Positions 28,101 through 42,231 of a stretch of 64,000 nt of DNA are shown here, one piece after another. The position numbers were made by a program, and so were the translations under genes. The notes beneath the pieces are model-generated. The model did no database searches. It worked only from the letters and a program-made list of their open reading frames with translations, and was not told the origin of the DNA. Source of the stretch: Eledone cirrhosa (Eukaryota); contig OZ024740.1 of the NCBI GenBank assembly GCA_964016885.1, positions 5,642,001-5,706,000 of the forward strand, read 5' to 3'. The first letter of the stretch is position 1. Each line of letters begins with the position of its first letter.

Positions 28101-31100
28101 GAGTCTATTGTGGGGACAAACAGGGTTTTTATTAAGACTCTGTGTCCCCTGTAGTGGCCTGAAAGGGGTCTATTGTGGGGACTAACAGATGTTTTATCAA
28201 GACTCTGTGTCCCCTGTAGTGGCCTGAAAGGGGTCTATTGTTGGGACTAACAGGGTTTTTATCAAGAATCTGTGTCCCCTGTAGTGGGCTGAAAGGGGTC
28301 TATTGTGGGGACTAACAGGGTTTTTATCAAGACTCTGTGTCCCCTGTAGTGGCCTCAATGGGGTCTATTTTGGGGACTAACAGAGGTTTTATCAAGACTC
28401 TGTGTCCCCTGTAGTGGCCTGAAAGGGGTCTATTTTGGGGACTAACAGGGTTTTTATCAAGAATCTGTGTCCCCTGCAGTGGCCTGAAAGGCGTCTATTG
28501 TGGGGACTAACAGAGGTTTTATCAAGACGCTGTGTCTGCTGTAGTGGCCTGAAAGGGGTCTATTGTGGGGACTAACAGGGTTTTTATCAAACTCTGGGTC
28601 CCGTGTAGTGACCTGAAAGGGGTCTATTGTGGGGACTAACAGGGTTTTTATCAAGACTCTGTGTCCCCTGTAGTGGCCTCAATGGGGTCTATTTTGGGGA
28701 CTAACAGAGGTTTTATCAAGACTCTGTGTCCCCTGTAGTGGCCTGAAAGGGGTCTAGTGTGGGGACTAACCGAGGTTTTATCAAGACTCTGTGTCCCCTG
28801 TAGTGGTCTGATATGGGTAAATTGTGGGGACTAACAGAGGTTTTATCAAGTCTCTGTGTCCCCTGTCGTGGCCTGAAAGGGGTCTATTGTGGGGACTAAC
28901 AGGGTTTTTATCAAGACTCTGTGTCCCCTGTAGTGGCCTGAATTGGGTCTATTGTGGGGACTAACAGAGGTTTTATCAAGACGCTGTGTCCGCTGTAGTG
29001 GCCTGAAAGGTGTCTATTGTGGGGACTAGGAGGGTTTTTATCAAACTCTGGGTCCCCTGTAGTGGCCTGAAAGGGGTCTATTGTGGGGACTAACAGGGTT
29101 TTTAACAAGACTCTGTGTCCCCTGTAGTGGCCTGAATGGGGTCTATTGTCGGGACTAACAGGGTTTTTATCAAGACTGTGTCCCCTGTAGTGGCCTGAAA
29201 GGGGTCTATTGTGGGGACTAACAGGGTTTTTATTAAGACTCTGTGTCTCCTGTAGTGGCCTGAAAGGGGTCTATTGTGGGGACTAACAGGCTTTTTAGCA
29301 AGACTCTGGGTCCCCTGTAGTGGCCTGAAAGGGGTCTATTGTGGGGACTAACAGGGTTTTTTATCAAGACTCTATGTCCCCTGTAGTGGCCTGAAAGGGA
29401 TCTATTGTGGGGACTAACAGGGTTTTTATCAAGACTCTGTGTCCCCTGTAGTGGCCTGAAAGGGGTCTATTGTGGGGACTAACAGGGTTTTTTTATCAAG
29501 ACTCTGTGTCCCCTGTAGTGGCCTGAAAGGGATCTATTGTGGGGACTAACAGGGGTTTTATTAAGACTCTGTGTCCCCTGTAGTGGCCTGAAATGGGTCT
29601 ATTGTGGTGTCTAACAGGGTTTTTATCAAGACTCTGTGTTCTCTGTAGTGGCCTGAAAGGGGTCTTTTGTGGGGACTAACAGAGGTTTTATCAATACTCC
29701 GTGTCCCATGTAGTGGCCTGAAAAGGGTCTATTGTGGGGAGTAACAGGGCTTTTATCAAGACTCTGCGCCCCTGTAGTGGCCTGAAAGGGGTCTATTGTG
29801 GAGGACTAACAGAGGTTTTATCAAGACTCTGTGTCCCCTGTAGTGGCTTGAAAGGGGTTTATTGTGGGGACTAACAGAGTATTTATCAAGACTCTGTGTC
29901 CCCTGTAGTGGCCTGAAAGGGGTCTATTGTGGGGACTAACAGGGTTTTTATCAATAATCTGTGTCCCCTGCAGTGGCCTGAAAGGCGTCTATTGTGGGGA
30001 CTAACAGAGGTTTTATCAATAATCCGTGTCCCATGTAGTGGCCTGAAAGGGGTCTATTGTGGGGAGTAACAGGCTTTTTATCAAGACTCTGCGCCCCTGT
30101 AGTGGCCTGAAAGGGGTCTATTGTGGGGACTAACAGAGGTTTTATCAAGACTCTGTGTCCCCTGTAGTGGCCTGATAGGGGTAAATTGTGGGGACTAACA
30201 GAGGTTTTATCAAGTCTCTGTGTCCCCTGTCGTGGCCTGAAAGGGGTCTATTGTGGGGACTAACAGGGTTTTTATCAAGACTCTGTGTCCCCTGTAGTGG
30301 CCTGAATTGGGTCTATTGTGGGGACTAACAGAGGTTTTATCAAGACGCTGTGTCCGCTGTAGTGGCCTGAAAGGGGTCTATTGTGGGGACTAACAGGGTT
30401 TTTATCATACTCTGGGTCCCGTGTAGTGGCCTGAAAGGGGTCTATTGTGGGAACTAACAGGGTTTTTATCAAGACTCTGTGTCCCCTGTAGTGGCCTGAA
30501 TGGGGTCTATTGTGGGGACTACCAGAGGTTTTATCAAGACGCTGTGTCCACTGTAGTGGCCTGAAAGGGGTCTATTGTGGGGACTAACAGGGTTTTTATC
30601 AAACTCTGGGTCCCGTGTAGTGGCCTGAAAGGGATCTATTGTGGGGACTAACAGGGGTTTTATTAAGACTCTGTGTCCCCTGTAGTGGCCTGAAAGGGGT
30701 CTATTGTGGGGACTAACAGGGTTTTTTATCAAGACTCTGTGTGCTCTGTAGTGGCCTGAAAGGGGTCTATTGTGGGGAGTAACAGGGTTTATATCAAGAC
30801 TCTGTGTCCCCTGCAGTGGCCTGAAAGGGGTCTATTGTGGGGACTAACAGGGTTTTTATCAAGACTCTGGGTCCCCTGTAGTGGCCTGAAAGGGGTCTAT
30901 TGTGGGGACTAACAGAGGTTTTATCAAGACTCTGTGTCCCCTGTAGTGGCTTGAAAGGGGTTCATGTTGGGGACTAACAGAGTATTTATCAAGACTCTGT
31001 GTCCCCTGTAGTGGCCTGAAAGGGGTCTATTGTGGGGACTAACAGGGTTTTTATCAATAATCTGTGTCCCCTGCAGTGGCCTGAAAGGCGTCTATTGTGG

Positions 31101-34100
31101 GGACTAACAGAGGTTTTATCAATACTCCGTGTCCCATGTAGTGGCCTGAAAGGGGTCTATTGTGGGGACTAACAGGGTTTTTATCAAGACACTGGGTACC
31201 CTGTAGTGGCCTGAAAGAGGTCTATTTTGGGGACTAACAGGGTTTTTATCAAGAATCTGTGTCCCCTGCAGTGGCCTGAAAGGCGTCTATTGTGGGGACT
31301 AACAGAGGTTTTATCAAGACTCTGTGTCCCCTGTAGTGGCTTGAAAGGGGTTTATGTTGGGGACTAACAGAGTATTTATCAAGACTCTGTGTCCCCTGTA
31401 GTGGCCTGAAAGGGGTCTATTGTGGGGACTAACAGGGTTTTTATCAAAATCTGGGTCCCGTGTAGTGGCCTGAAAGGGGTCTATTGTGGGGACTAACAGG
31501 GTTTTTATCAAGACTCTGTGTCCCCTGTAGTGGCCTCAATGGGGTCTATTTTGGGGACTAACAGAGGTTTTATCAAGACTCTGTGTCCCCTGTAGTGGCC
31601 TGAAAGGGGTCTAGTGTGGGGACTAACCGAGGTTTTATCAAGACTCTGTGTCCCCTGTAGTGGTCTGATAGGGGTAAATTGTGGGGACTAACAGAGGTTT
31701 TATCAAGTCTCTGTGTCCCCTGTCGTGGCCTGAAAGGGGTCTATTGTGGGGACTAACAGGGTTTTTATCAAGACTCTGTGTCTCCTGTAGTGGCCTGAAT
31801 TGGGTCTATTGTGGGGACTAACAGAGGTTTTATCAAGACGCTGTGTCCGCTGTAGTGGCCTGAAAGGGGTCTATTGTGGGGACTAACAGGGTTTTTATCA
31901 AACTCTGGGTCCCGTGTAGTGGCCTGAAAGGGGTCTATTGTGGGGACTAACAGGGTTTTTATCAAGACTCTGTGTCCCCTGTAGTGGCCTGAATGGGGTC
32001 TATTGTCGGGACTACCAGAGGTTTTATCAAGACGCTGTGTTCGCTGTAGTGGCCTGAAAGGGGTCTATTGTGGGGACTAACAGGGTTTTTATCAAACTCT
32101 GGGTCCCGTGTAGTGGCCTGAAAGGGGTCTATTGTGGGGACTAACAGGGTTTTTATCAAGACTCTGTGTCCCCTGTAGTGGCCTGAAAGGGATCTATTGT
32201 GGGGACTAACAGGGTTTTTATCAAGACTGTGTCCCCTGTAGTGGCCTGAAAGGGGTCTATTGTGGGGACTAACAGGGTTTTTATTAAGACTCTGTGTCTC
32301 CTGTAGTGGCCTGAAAGGGGTCTATTGTGGGGACTAACAGGCTTTTTAGCAAGACTCTGGGTCCCCTGTAGTGGCCTGAAAGGGGTCTATTGTGGGGACT
32401 AACAGGGTTTTTTATCAAGACTCTATGTCCCCTGTAGTGGCCTGAAAGGGATCTATTGTGGGGACTAACAGGGTTTTTTTATCAAGACTCTGTGTCCCCT
32501 GTAGTGGCCTGAAAGGGATCTATTGTGGGGACTAACAGGGGTTTTATTAAGACTCTGTGTCCCCTGTAGTGGCCTGAAATGGGTCTATTGTGGTGTCTAA
32601 CAGGGTTTTTATCAAGACTCTGTGTTCTCTGTAGTGGCCTGAAAGGGGTCTTTTGTGGGGACCTACAGAGGTTTTATCAATACTCCGTGTCCCATGTAGT
32701 GGCCTGAAAAGGGTCTATTGTGGGGAGTAACAGGGCTTTTATCAAGACTCTGCGCCCCTGTAGTGGCCTGAAAGGGGTCTATTGTGGGGACTAACAGAGG
32801 TTTTATCAAGACTCTGTGTCCCCTGTAGTGGCTTGAAAGGGGTTTATTGTGGGGACTAACAGAGTATTTATCAAGACTCTGTGTCCCCTGTAGTGGCCTG
32901 AAAGGGGTCTATTGTGGGGACTAACAGGGTTTTTATCAATAATCTGTGTCCCCTGCAGTGGCCTGAAAGTCGTCTATTGTGGGGACTAACAGAGGTTTTA
33001 TCACTACTCCGTGTCCCATGTAGTGGCCTGAAAGGGGTCTATTGTGGGGAGTAACAGGGTTTTTATCAAGACTCTGCGCCCCTGTAGTGGCCTGAAAGGG
33101 GTCTATTGTGGGGACTAACAGAGGTTTTATCAAGACTCTGTGTCCCCTGTAGTGGCCTGATAGGGGTAAATTGTGGGGACTAACAGAGGTTTTATCAAGT
33201 CTCTGTGTCCCCTGTCGTGGCCTGAAAGGGGTCTATTGTGGGGACTAACAGGGTTTTTATCAAGACTCTGTGTCCCCTGTAGTGGCCTGAAAGGGATCTA
33301 TTGTGGGGACTAACAGGGTTTTTATCAAGACTCTGCGCCCCTGTAGTGGCCTGAATTGGGTCTATTGTGGGGACTACCAGAGGTTTTATCAAGACTCTGT
33401 GTCCCCTGCAGTGGCCTGAAAGGGGTCTATTGTGGGGACTAACAGGGTTTTTATCAAGACTCTGGGTCCCCTGTAGTGGCCTGAAAGGGGTCTATTGTGG
33501 GGACTAACAGGGTTTTTATCAAGAATCTGTGTCCCCTGCAGTGGCCAGAAAGGCGTCTATTGTGGGGTCTAACAGAGGTTTTATGAAGACAATGTGTCCC
33601 CTGTAGTGGCCTGAAAGGTGTCTTTTGTGGGTACTAACAGAGGTTTTATCAATACTCCGTGTCCCATGTAGTGGCCTGAAAAGGGTCTATTGTGGGGAGT
33701 AACAGGGCTTTTATCAAGACTCTGCGCCCCTGTAGTGTCCTGAAAGGGGTCTATTGTGGGGACTAACAGAGGTTTTATCAAGACGCTGTGTCCCCTGTAG
33801 TGGCTTGAAAGGGGTTTATTGTGGGGACTAACAGAGTATTTATCAAGACTCTGCGTCCCCTGTAGTGGCCTGAAAGGGGTCTATTGTGGGGACTAACAGG
33901 GTTTTTTATCAAGACTCTATGTCCCCTGTAGTGGCCTGAAAGGGATCTATTGTGGGGACTAACAGGGTTTTTATCAAGACTCTGTGTCCCCTGTAGTGGC
34001 CTGAAAGGCGTCTATTGTGGGGACTAACAGAGGTTTTATCAATACTCCGTGTCCCATCTAGTGGCCTGAAAGGGGTCTATTGTGGGGAGTAAGAGGGTTT

Positions 34101-37100
34101 TTATCAAGACTCTGCGCCCCTGTAGTGGCCTGAAAGGGGTCTATTGTGGGGACTAACAGAGGTTTTATCAAGACTCTGTGTCCGCTGTAGTGGCCTGAAA
34201 GGGGTCTATTGTGGGGACTAACAGGGTTTTTATCAAACTCTGGGTCCCGTGTAGTGGCCTGAAAGGGGTCTATTGTGGGGACTAACAGGGTTTTTATCAA
34301 ACTCTGGGTCCCGTGTAGTTGCCTGCATTGGGTCTATTGTGGGGACTAACAGAGGTTTTATCAAGACGCTGTGTCCGCTGTAGTGGCCTGAAAGGGGTCT
34401 ATTGTGGGGACTAACAGGGTTTTAACATACTCTGGGTCCCGTGTAGTGGCCTGAAAGGGGTCTATTGTGGGGACTAACAGGGTTTTTATCAGGACTCTGT
34501 GTCCCCTGTAGTGGCCTGAATGGGGTCTATTGTGGGGACTACCAGAGGTTTTATCAAGACGCTGTGTCCACTGTAGTGGCCTGAAAGGGGTCTATTGTGG
34601 GGACTAACAGGGTTTTTATCAAACTCTGGGTCCCGTGTAGTGGCCTGAAAGGGGTCTATTGTGGGGACTAATAGGGTTTTTATCAAGACTCTGTGTCCCC
34701 TGTAGTGGCCTGAAAGGGATCTATTGTAGGGACTAACAGGGTTTTTATCAAGACTGTGTCCCCTGTAGTGGCCTGAAAGGGGTCTATTGTGGGGACTAAC
34801 AGGGTTTTTATCAACACTCTGTGTCTCCTGTAGTGGCCTGAAAGGGGTCTATTGTGAGGACTAACAGGGTTTTTATGAAGACTCTGGGTCCCCTGTAGTG
34901 GCCTGAAAGGGGTCTATTGTGGGGACTAACAGGGTTTTTTATCAAGACTCTATGTCCCCTGTAGTGGCCTGAAAGGGATCTATTGTGGGGACTAAGAGGG
35001 TTTTTATCAAGACTCTGTGTCCCCTGTAGTGGCCTGAAAGGGGTCTATTGTGGGGACTAACAGGGTTTTTTACCAAGACTCTGTGTCCCCTGTAGTGGCC
35101 TGAAAGGGATCTATTGTGGGGACTAACAGGGATTTTATTAAGACTCTGTGTCCCCTGTAGTGGCCTGAAATGGGTCTATTGTGGTGTCTAACAGGGTTTT
35201 TATCAAGACTCTGTGTGCTCTGTAGTGGCCTGAAAGGGGTCTGTTGTGGTGTCTAACAGGGTTTTTATCAAGACTCTGTGTCCCCTGTAGTGGACTAAAA
35301 GGGATCTATTGTGGGGAGTAACGGTTTATATCAAGACTCTGTGTTCCCTGTAGTGGCCTGAAAGGGGTCTATTGTGGGGACTAACAGGGTTTTTATCAAG
35401 ACTCTGAGTCCCCTGTAGTGGCCTGAAAGGGGTCTATTGTGGGGACTAACAGGGTTTTTATCAAGAATCTGTGTCCCCTGCAGTGGCCAGAAAGGCGTCT
35501 ATTGTGGGGTCTAACAGAGGTTTTATGAAGACAATGTGTCCCCTGTAGTGGCCTGAAAGGTGTTTTTGTGGGTACTAACAGAGGTTTTATCAAGACTCCG
35601 TGTCCCATGTAGTGGCCTGAAAGGGGTCTATTGTGCGGACTAACAGAGGTTTTATCAAGACTCTGTGTCCCCTGTTGTTGCCTGAAAGGGGTCTATTGTG
35701 GGGACTAACAGGTGTTTTATCAAGACTCTGGCTCCCCTGCAGTGGCCTGAAAGGGGTCTATTGTGGGGACTAACAGGGTTTTTATCAAAATCTGGGTCCC
35801 GTGTAGTGGCCTGAAAGGGGTCTATTGTGGGGACTAACAGGGTTTTTATCAAGACTCTGTGTCCCCTGTAGTGGCCTCAATGGGGTCTATTTTGGGGACT
35901 AACAGAGGTTTTATCAAGACTCTGTGTCCCCTGTAGTGGCCTGAAAGGGGTCTAGTGTGGGGACTAACCGAGGTTTTATCAAGACTCTGTGTCACCTGTA
36001 GTGGTCTGATAGGGGTAAATTGTGGGGACTAACAGAGGTTTTATCAAGTCTCTGTGTCCCCTGTCGTGGCCTGAAAGGGGTCTATTGTGGGGACTAACAG
36101 GGTTTTTATCAAGACTCTGTGTCCCCTGTAGTGGCCTGAATTGGGTCTATTGTGGGGACTAACAGAGGTTTTATCAAGACGCTGTGTCCGCTGTAGTGGC
36201 CTGAAAGGGGTCTATTGTGGGGACTAACAGTGTTTTTATCAAACTCTGGGTCCCGTGTAGTGGCCTAAAAGGGGTCTATTGTGGGGACTAACAGGGTTTT
36301 TATCAAGACTCTGTGTCCCCTGTAGTGGCCTGAATGGGGTCTATTGTCGGGACTACCAGAGGTTTTATCAAGACGCTGTGTTCGCTGTAGTGGCCTGAAA
36401 GGGGTCTATTGTGGGGACTAACAGGGTTTTTATCAAACTCTGGGTCCCGTGTAGTGGCCTGAAAGGGGTCTATTGTGGGGACTAACAGGGTTTTTATCAA
36501 GACTCTGTGTCCCCTGTAGTGGCCTGAAAGGGATCTATTGTGGGGACTAACAGGGTTTTTATCAAGACTGTGTCCCCTGTAGTGGCCTGAAAGGGGTCTA
36601 TTGTGGGGACTAACAGGGTTTTTATTAAGACTCTGTGTCTCCTGTAGTGGCCTGAAAGGGGTTTATTGTGGGGACTAACAGGCTTTTTAGCAAGACTCTG
36701 GGTCCCCTGTAGTGGCCTGAAAGGGGTCTATTGTGGGGACTAACAGGGTTTTTTATCAAGACTCTATGTCCCCTGTAGTGGCCTGAAAGGGATCTATTGT
36801 GGGGACTAACAGGGTTTTTTTATCAAGACTCTGTGTCCCCTGTAGTGGCCTGAAAGGGATCTATTGTGGGGACTAACAGGGGTTTTATTAAGACTCTGTG
36901 TCCCCTGTAGTGGCCTGAAATGGGTCTATTGTGGTGTCTAACAGGGTTTTTATCAAGACTCTGTGTTCTCTGCAGTGGCCTGAAAGGGGTCTTTTGTGGG
37001 GACTAACAGAGGTTTTATCAATACTCCGTGTCCCATGTAGTGGCCTGAAAAGGGTCTATTGTGGGGAGTAACAGGGCTTTTATCAAGACTCTGCGCCCCT

Positions 37101-40100
37101 GTAGTGGCCTGAAAGGGGTTTATTGTGGGGACTAACAGAGTATTTATCAAGACTCTGTGTCCCCTGTAGTGGCCTGAAAGGTGTCTATTGTGGGGACTAA
37201 CAGGGTTTTTATCAATTATCTGTGTCCCCTGCAGTGGCCTGAAAGGCGTCTATTGTGGGGACTAACAGAGGTTTTATCAATACTCCGTGTCCCATGTAGT
37301 GGCCTGAAAGGGGTCTATTGTGGGGAGTAACAGGGTTCTTATCAAGACACTGCGCCCCTGTAGTGGCCTGAAAGGGGTCTATTGTGGGGACTAACAGAGG
37401 TTTTATCAAGACTCTGTGTCCCCTGTAGTGGCCTGATAGGGGTAAATTGTGGGGACTAACAGAGGTTTTATCAAGTCTCTGTGTCCCCTGTCGTGGCCTG
37501 AAAGGGGTCTATTGTGGGGACTAACAGGGTTTTTATCAAGACTCTGTGTCCCCTGTAGTGGCCTGAATTGGGTCTATTGTGGGGACTAACAAAGGTTTTA
37601 TCAAGACGCTGTGTCCGCTGTAGTGGCCTGAAAGGGGTCTATTGTGGGGACTAACAGGGTTTTTATCATACTCTGGGTCCCGTGTAGTGGCCTGAAAGGG
37701 GTCTATTGTGGGGACTAACAGGGTTTTTATCAAGACTCTGTGTCCCTTGTAGTGGCCTGAATGGGGTCTATTGTGGGGACTACCAGAGGTTTTATCAAGA
37801 CGCTGTGTCCACTGTAGTGGCCTGAAAGGGGTCTATTGTGGGGACTAACTGGGTTTTTATCAAACTCTGGGTCCCGTGTAGTGGCCTGAAAGGGGTCTAT
37901 TGTAGGGACTAACAGGGTTTTTATCAAGACTCTGTGTCCCCTGTAGTGGCCTGAAAGGGGTCTATTGTGGGGACTAACAGGGTTTTTTATCAAGACTCTG
38001 TGTCCCCTGTAGTGGCCTGAAAGGGATCTATTGTGGGGACTAACAGGGGTTTTATTAAGACTCTGTGTCCCCTGTAGTGGTCTGAAATGGGTCTATTGTG
38101 GTGTCTAACAGGGTTTTTATCAAGACTCTGTGTCCCCTGCAGTGGCCTGAAAGGGGTCTATTGTGGGGACTAACAGGGTTTTAATCAAGACTCTGGGTCC
38201 CCTGTAGTGGCCTGAAAGGGGTCTATTGTGGGGACTAACAGGGTTTTTATCAAGAATCTGTGTCCCCTGCAGTGGCCAGAAAGGCGTCTATTGTGGGGTC
38301 TAACAGAGGTTTTATGAAGACAATGTGTCCCCTGTAGTGGCCTGAAAGGTGTCTTTTGTGGGTACTAACAGAGGTTTTATCAATACTCCGTGTCCCATGT
38401 AGTGGCCTGAAAAGGGTCTATTGTGGGGAGTAACAGGGCTTTTATCAAGACTCTGCGCCCCTGTAGTGTCCTGAAAGGGGTCTATTGTGGGGACTAACAG
38501 GGTTTTTATCAAGACTCTGTGTCTCCTGTATTGGCCTGAAAGGGGTCTATTGTGGGGACTAACAGGTTTTTTATGAAGACTCTGGGTCCCCTGTAGTGGC
38601 CTGAAAGGGGTCTATTGTGGGGACTAACAGGGTTTTTATCAAGACTCTGTGTCCCCTGTAGTGGCCTGAAAGGGATCTATTGTGGGGACTAACAGGGTTT
38701 TTATCAAGACTCTGTGTCTCCTGTAGTGGCCTGAAAGGTGTCTATTGTGGGGACTAACAGGGTTTTTATGAAGTCTCTGGGTCCCCTGTAGTGGCCTGAA
38801 AGGGGTCTATTGTGGGGACTAACAGGGTTTTTATCAAGACTGTGTCCCCTGTAGTGGCCTGAAAGGGGTCTATTGTGGGGACTAACAGGGTTTTTATCAA
38901 GACTCTGTGTCTCCTGTAGTGGCCTGAAAGGGGTCTATTTTGGGGACTAACAGGGTTTTTATGAAGACTCTGGGTCCCCTGTAGTGGCCTGAAAGGGATC
39001 TATTGTAGGGACTAACAGGGTTTTTATCAAGACTGTGTCCCCTGTAGTGGCCTGAAAGGGGTCTATTTTGGGGACTAACAGGGTTTTTTTATCAAGACTC
39101 TATGTCCCCTGTAGTGGCCTGAAAGGGATCTATTGTGGGGACTAACAGGGTTTTTATCAAGACTCTGTGTCCCCTGTAGTGGCCTGAAAGGCGTCTATTG
39201 TTGGGACTAACAGAGGTTTTATCAATACTCCGTGTCCCATGTAGTGGCCTGAAAGGGGTCTATTGTGGGGAGTAACAGGGTTTTTATCAAGACTCTGCGC
39301 CCCTGTAGTGGCCTGATAGGGGTAAATTGTGGGCACTAACAGAGGTTTTATCAAGTCTCTGTGTCCCCTGTCGTGGCCTGGAAGGGGTCTATTGTGGGGA
39401 CTAACAGGGTTTTTATCAAGACTCTGTGTCCCCTGTAGTTGCCTGAATTGGGTCTATTGTGGGGTCTAACAGAGGTTTTATCAAGACGCTGTGTCCGCTG
39501 TAGTGGCCTGAAAGGGGTCTATTGTGGGGACTAACAGGGTTTTTATCATACTCTGGGTCCCGTGTAGTTGCCTGAAAGGGGTCTATTGTGGGGACTAACA
39601 GGGTTTTTATCAAGACTCTGTGTCCCCTGTAGTGGCCTGAATGGGGTCTATTGTGGGGAATACCAGCGGTTTTATCAAGACGCTGTGTCCACTGTAGTGG
39701 CCTGAATGGGGTCTATGGTGGGGACTAACAGGGTTTTTATCAAACTCTGGGTCCCGTGTAGTGGCCTGAAAGGGGTCTATTGTGGGGACTAACAGGGTTT
39801 TTATCAAGACTCTGTGTCCCCTGTAGTGGCCTGAAAGGGATCTATTGTAGGGACTAACAGGGTTTTTATCAAGACTGTGTCCCCTGTAGTGGCCTGAAAG
39901 GGGTCTATTGTGGGGACTAACAGGGTTTTTATCAAGACTCTGTGTCTCCTGTAGTGGCCTGAAAGGGGTCGATTGTGGGGACTAACAGGGTTTTTATGAA
40001 GACTCTGGGTCCCCTGTAGTGGCCTGAAAGGGGTCTATTGTGGGGACTAACAGGGTTTTTTATCAAGACTCTATGTCCCCTGTAGTGGCCTGAAAGGGAT

Positions 40101-41757
40101 CTATTGTGGGGACTAACAGGGTTTTTATCAAGACTCTGTGTCCCCTGTAGTGAACTGAAAGGGGTCTATTGTGGGGACTAACAGGGTTTTTTATCAAGAC
40201 TCTGTGTCCCCTGTAGTGGCCTGAAAGGGATCTATTGTGGGGACTAACAGGGATTTTATTAAGACTCTGTGTCCCCTGTAGTGGCCTGAAATGGGTCTAT
40301 TGTGGTGTCTAACAGGGTTTTTATCAAGACTCTGTGTGCTCTGTAGTGGCCTGAAAGGGGTCTATTGTGGGGAGTAACAGGGTTTATATCAAGACTCTGT
40401 GTCCCCTGTAGTGGCCTGAAAGGGGTCTATTGTGGGGACTAACAGGGTTTTTATCAAGACTCTGGGTCCCCTGTAGTGGCCTGAAAGGGGTCTATTGTGG
40501 GGACTAACAGTGTTTTTATCAAGAATCTGTGTCCCCTGCAGTGGCCAGAAAGGCGTCTATTGTGGGGTCTAACAGAGGTTTTATGAAGACAATGTGTCCC
40601 CTGTAGTGGCCTGAAAGGTGTGTTTGTGGGTACTAACAGAGGTTTTATCAAGACTCCGTGTCCCATGTAGTGGCCTGAAAGGGTTCTATTGTGGGGACTA
40701 ACAGAGGTTTTATCAAGACTCTGTGTCCCCTGTTGTTGCCTGAAAGGGGTCTATTGTGGGGACTAACAGGTGTTTTATCAAGACTCTGGCTCCCCTGCAG
40801 TGGCCTGAAAGGGGTCTATTGTGGGGACTAACAGGGTTTTTATCAAGAATCTGTGTCCCCTGCAGTGGCCTGAAAGGCGTCTATTGTGGGGACTAACAGA
40901 GATTTTATGAAGACAATGTGTCCCCTGTAGTGGCCTGAAAGGGGTCTTTTGTGGGGACTAACAGAGGTTTTCTCAAGACTCCGTGTCCCATGTAGTGGCC
41001 TGAAATGGGTCTATTGTGGGGAGTAACAGGGTTTTTATCAAGACTCTGCGCCCCTGTAGTGGCCTGAAAGGGGTCTATTGTGGGGACTAACCGAGGTTTT
41101 ATCAAGACTCTGTGTCCCCTGTAGTGGCTTGAAAGGGGTTTATTGTGGGGTCTAACAGAGGTTTTATCAAGACTCTGTGTCCCCTGTAGTGGCCTGAAAG
41201 GGATCTATTGTGGGGACTAACAGGGTTTTTATCAAGACTCTGTGTCCCCTGTAGTGGCCTGAAAGGGATCTATTGTGGGGACTAACAGGGTTTTTATCAA
41301 GACTGTCTCCCCTGTAGTGGCCTGAAAGGGGTCTATTGTGGGGACTAACAGATGTTTTATCAAGACTCTGTGTCCCCTGTAGTGGCCTGAAAGTGGTCTA
41401 TTGTGGGGACTAACAGAGGTTTTATCAAGACCCTGTGTCTCCTGTAGTGGCCTGAAAGGGGTTTATTGTGGGGACTAACAGAGGTTTTATCAAGACTCCG
41501 TGTCCCCTGTAGTGGCCTGAACGGGGTCTATTGTGGGGACTAACAGGGTTTTTATCAAGACTCTGTGTCCCCTGTAGTGGTTTGAAAGGGGTCTATTGTG
41601 GGGACTAACAGAGGTTTTATCAAGAACGTGGGTCCCCTGTAGTCGCCTGAAAGGCGTCTATTGTGGGGACTAACAGAGGTTTTATCAAGACTCTGTGTCC
41701 CCTGTAGTGGCCTGAAAAGGTTCTATTGTGGGGACTAACAGGGTTTTATCAAGACTG
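1183..41757. repeat. 65-bp satellite DNA array, ~620 monomers, with higher-order repeats
   Basis: Consensus AACAGGGTTTTTATCAAGACTCTGTGTCCCCTGTAGTGGCCTGAAAGGGGTCTATTGTGGGGACT repeated head-to-tail in one orientation; recurring variant strings; marker ORFs recur at offsets 1104, 909, 974, 1362 and 18889. Confidence 0.98.
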
Positions 41758-42039
41758 TGTAGGTTTCTACTAGGCATGAGAGGATCTCTCTTAAGCTAGC
41801 TTTCTCTAAATATACTTTTTCAAAGCAGTCTTCAGTACATTTACAAAGCAATGCATGATGTATGAATTGAGCATGTGACCCAGGGTTGGTCTACTGGCAG
41901 AGCAGACCCCGACCCACACTGTCAGAGCATTTATACACGTGCAGCTTGAAGTGCAGTTACAAGAGACAGAGAGGGTTTTTTATCTACAACAGATACTCTA
42001 TACAAATACACCTACCATTTATAAACACATCCTTATATA

Positions 42040-42177
42040 CACATGTGTATATGTATCATACATATAGAACACAATACATTCACACACACACACACACATA
42101 TTTATATATACATACACACACCGCACTCACATGCACACACACATATATACACACCACACTCACATGCACACACACTT

Positions 42178-42230
<53 letters not shown>
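42040..42230. repeat. Mixed (CA)n/(TA)n microsatellite region
   Basis: CA-rich tracts from ~42080 and a pure (TA)n run at ~42184-42226. Confidence 0.9.
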
Positions 42231-42231
42231 A

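Noticed and set aside
6520-41105. Dozens of 65-87 aa ORFs (MIKTLLVPTIDPFQ...)
   Set aside because: Chance read-through of three to four satellite monomers where a variant removes a stop; mostly non-ATG starts.
1183-41757. CRISPR-like or tRNA-gene array
   Set aside because: No unique spacers and no cas genes; TGGCCTGAAAGG loosely resembles an A-box but there is no B-box or cloverleaf.
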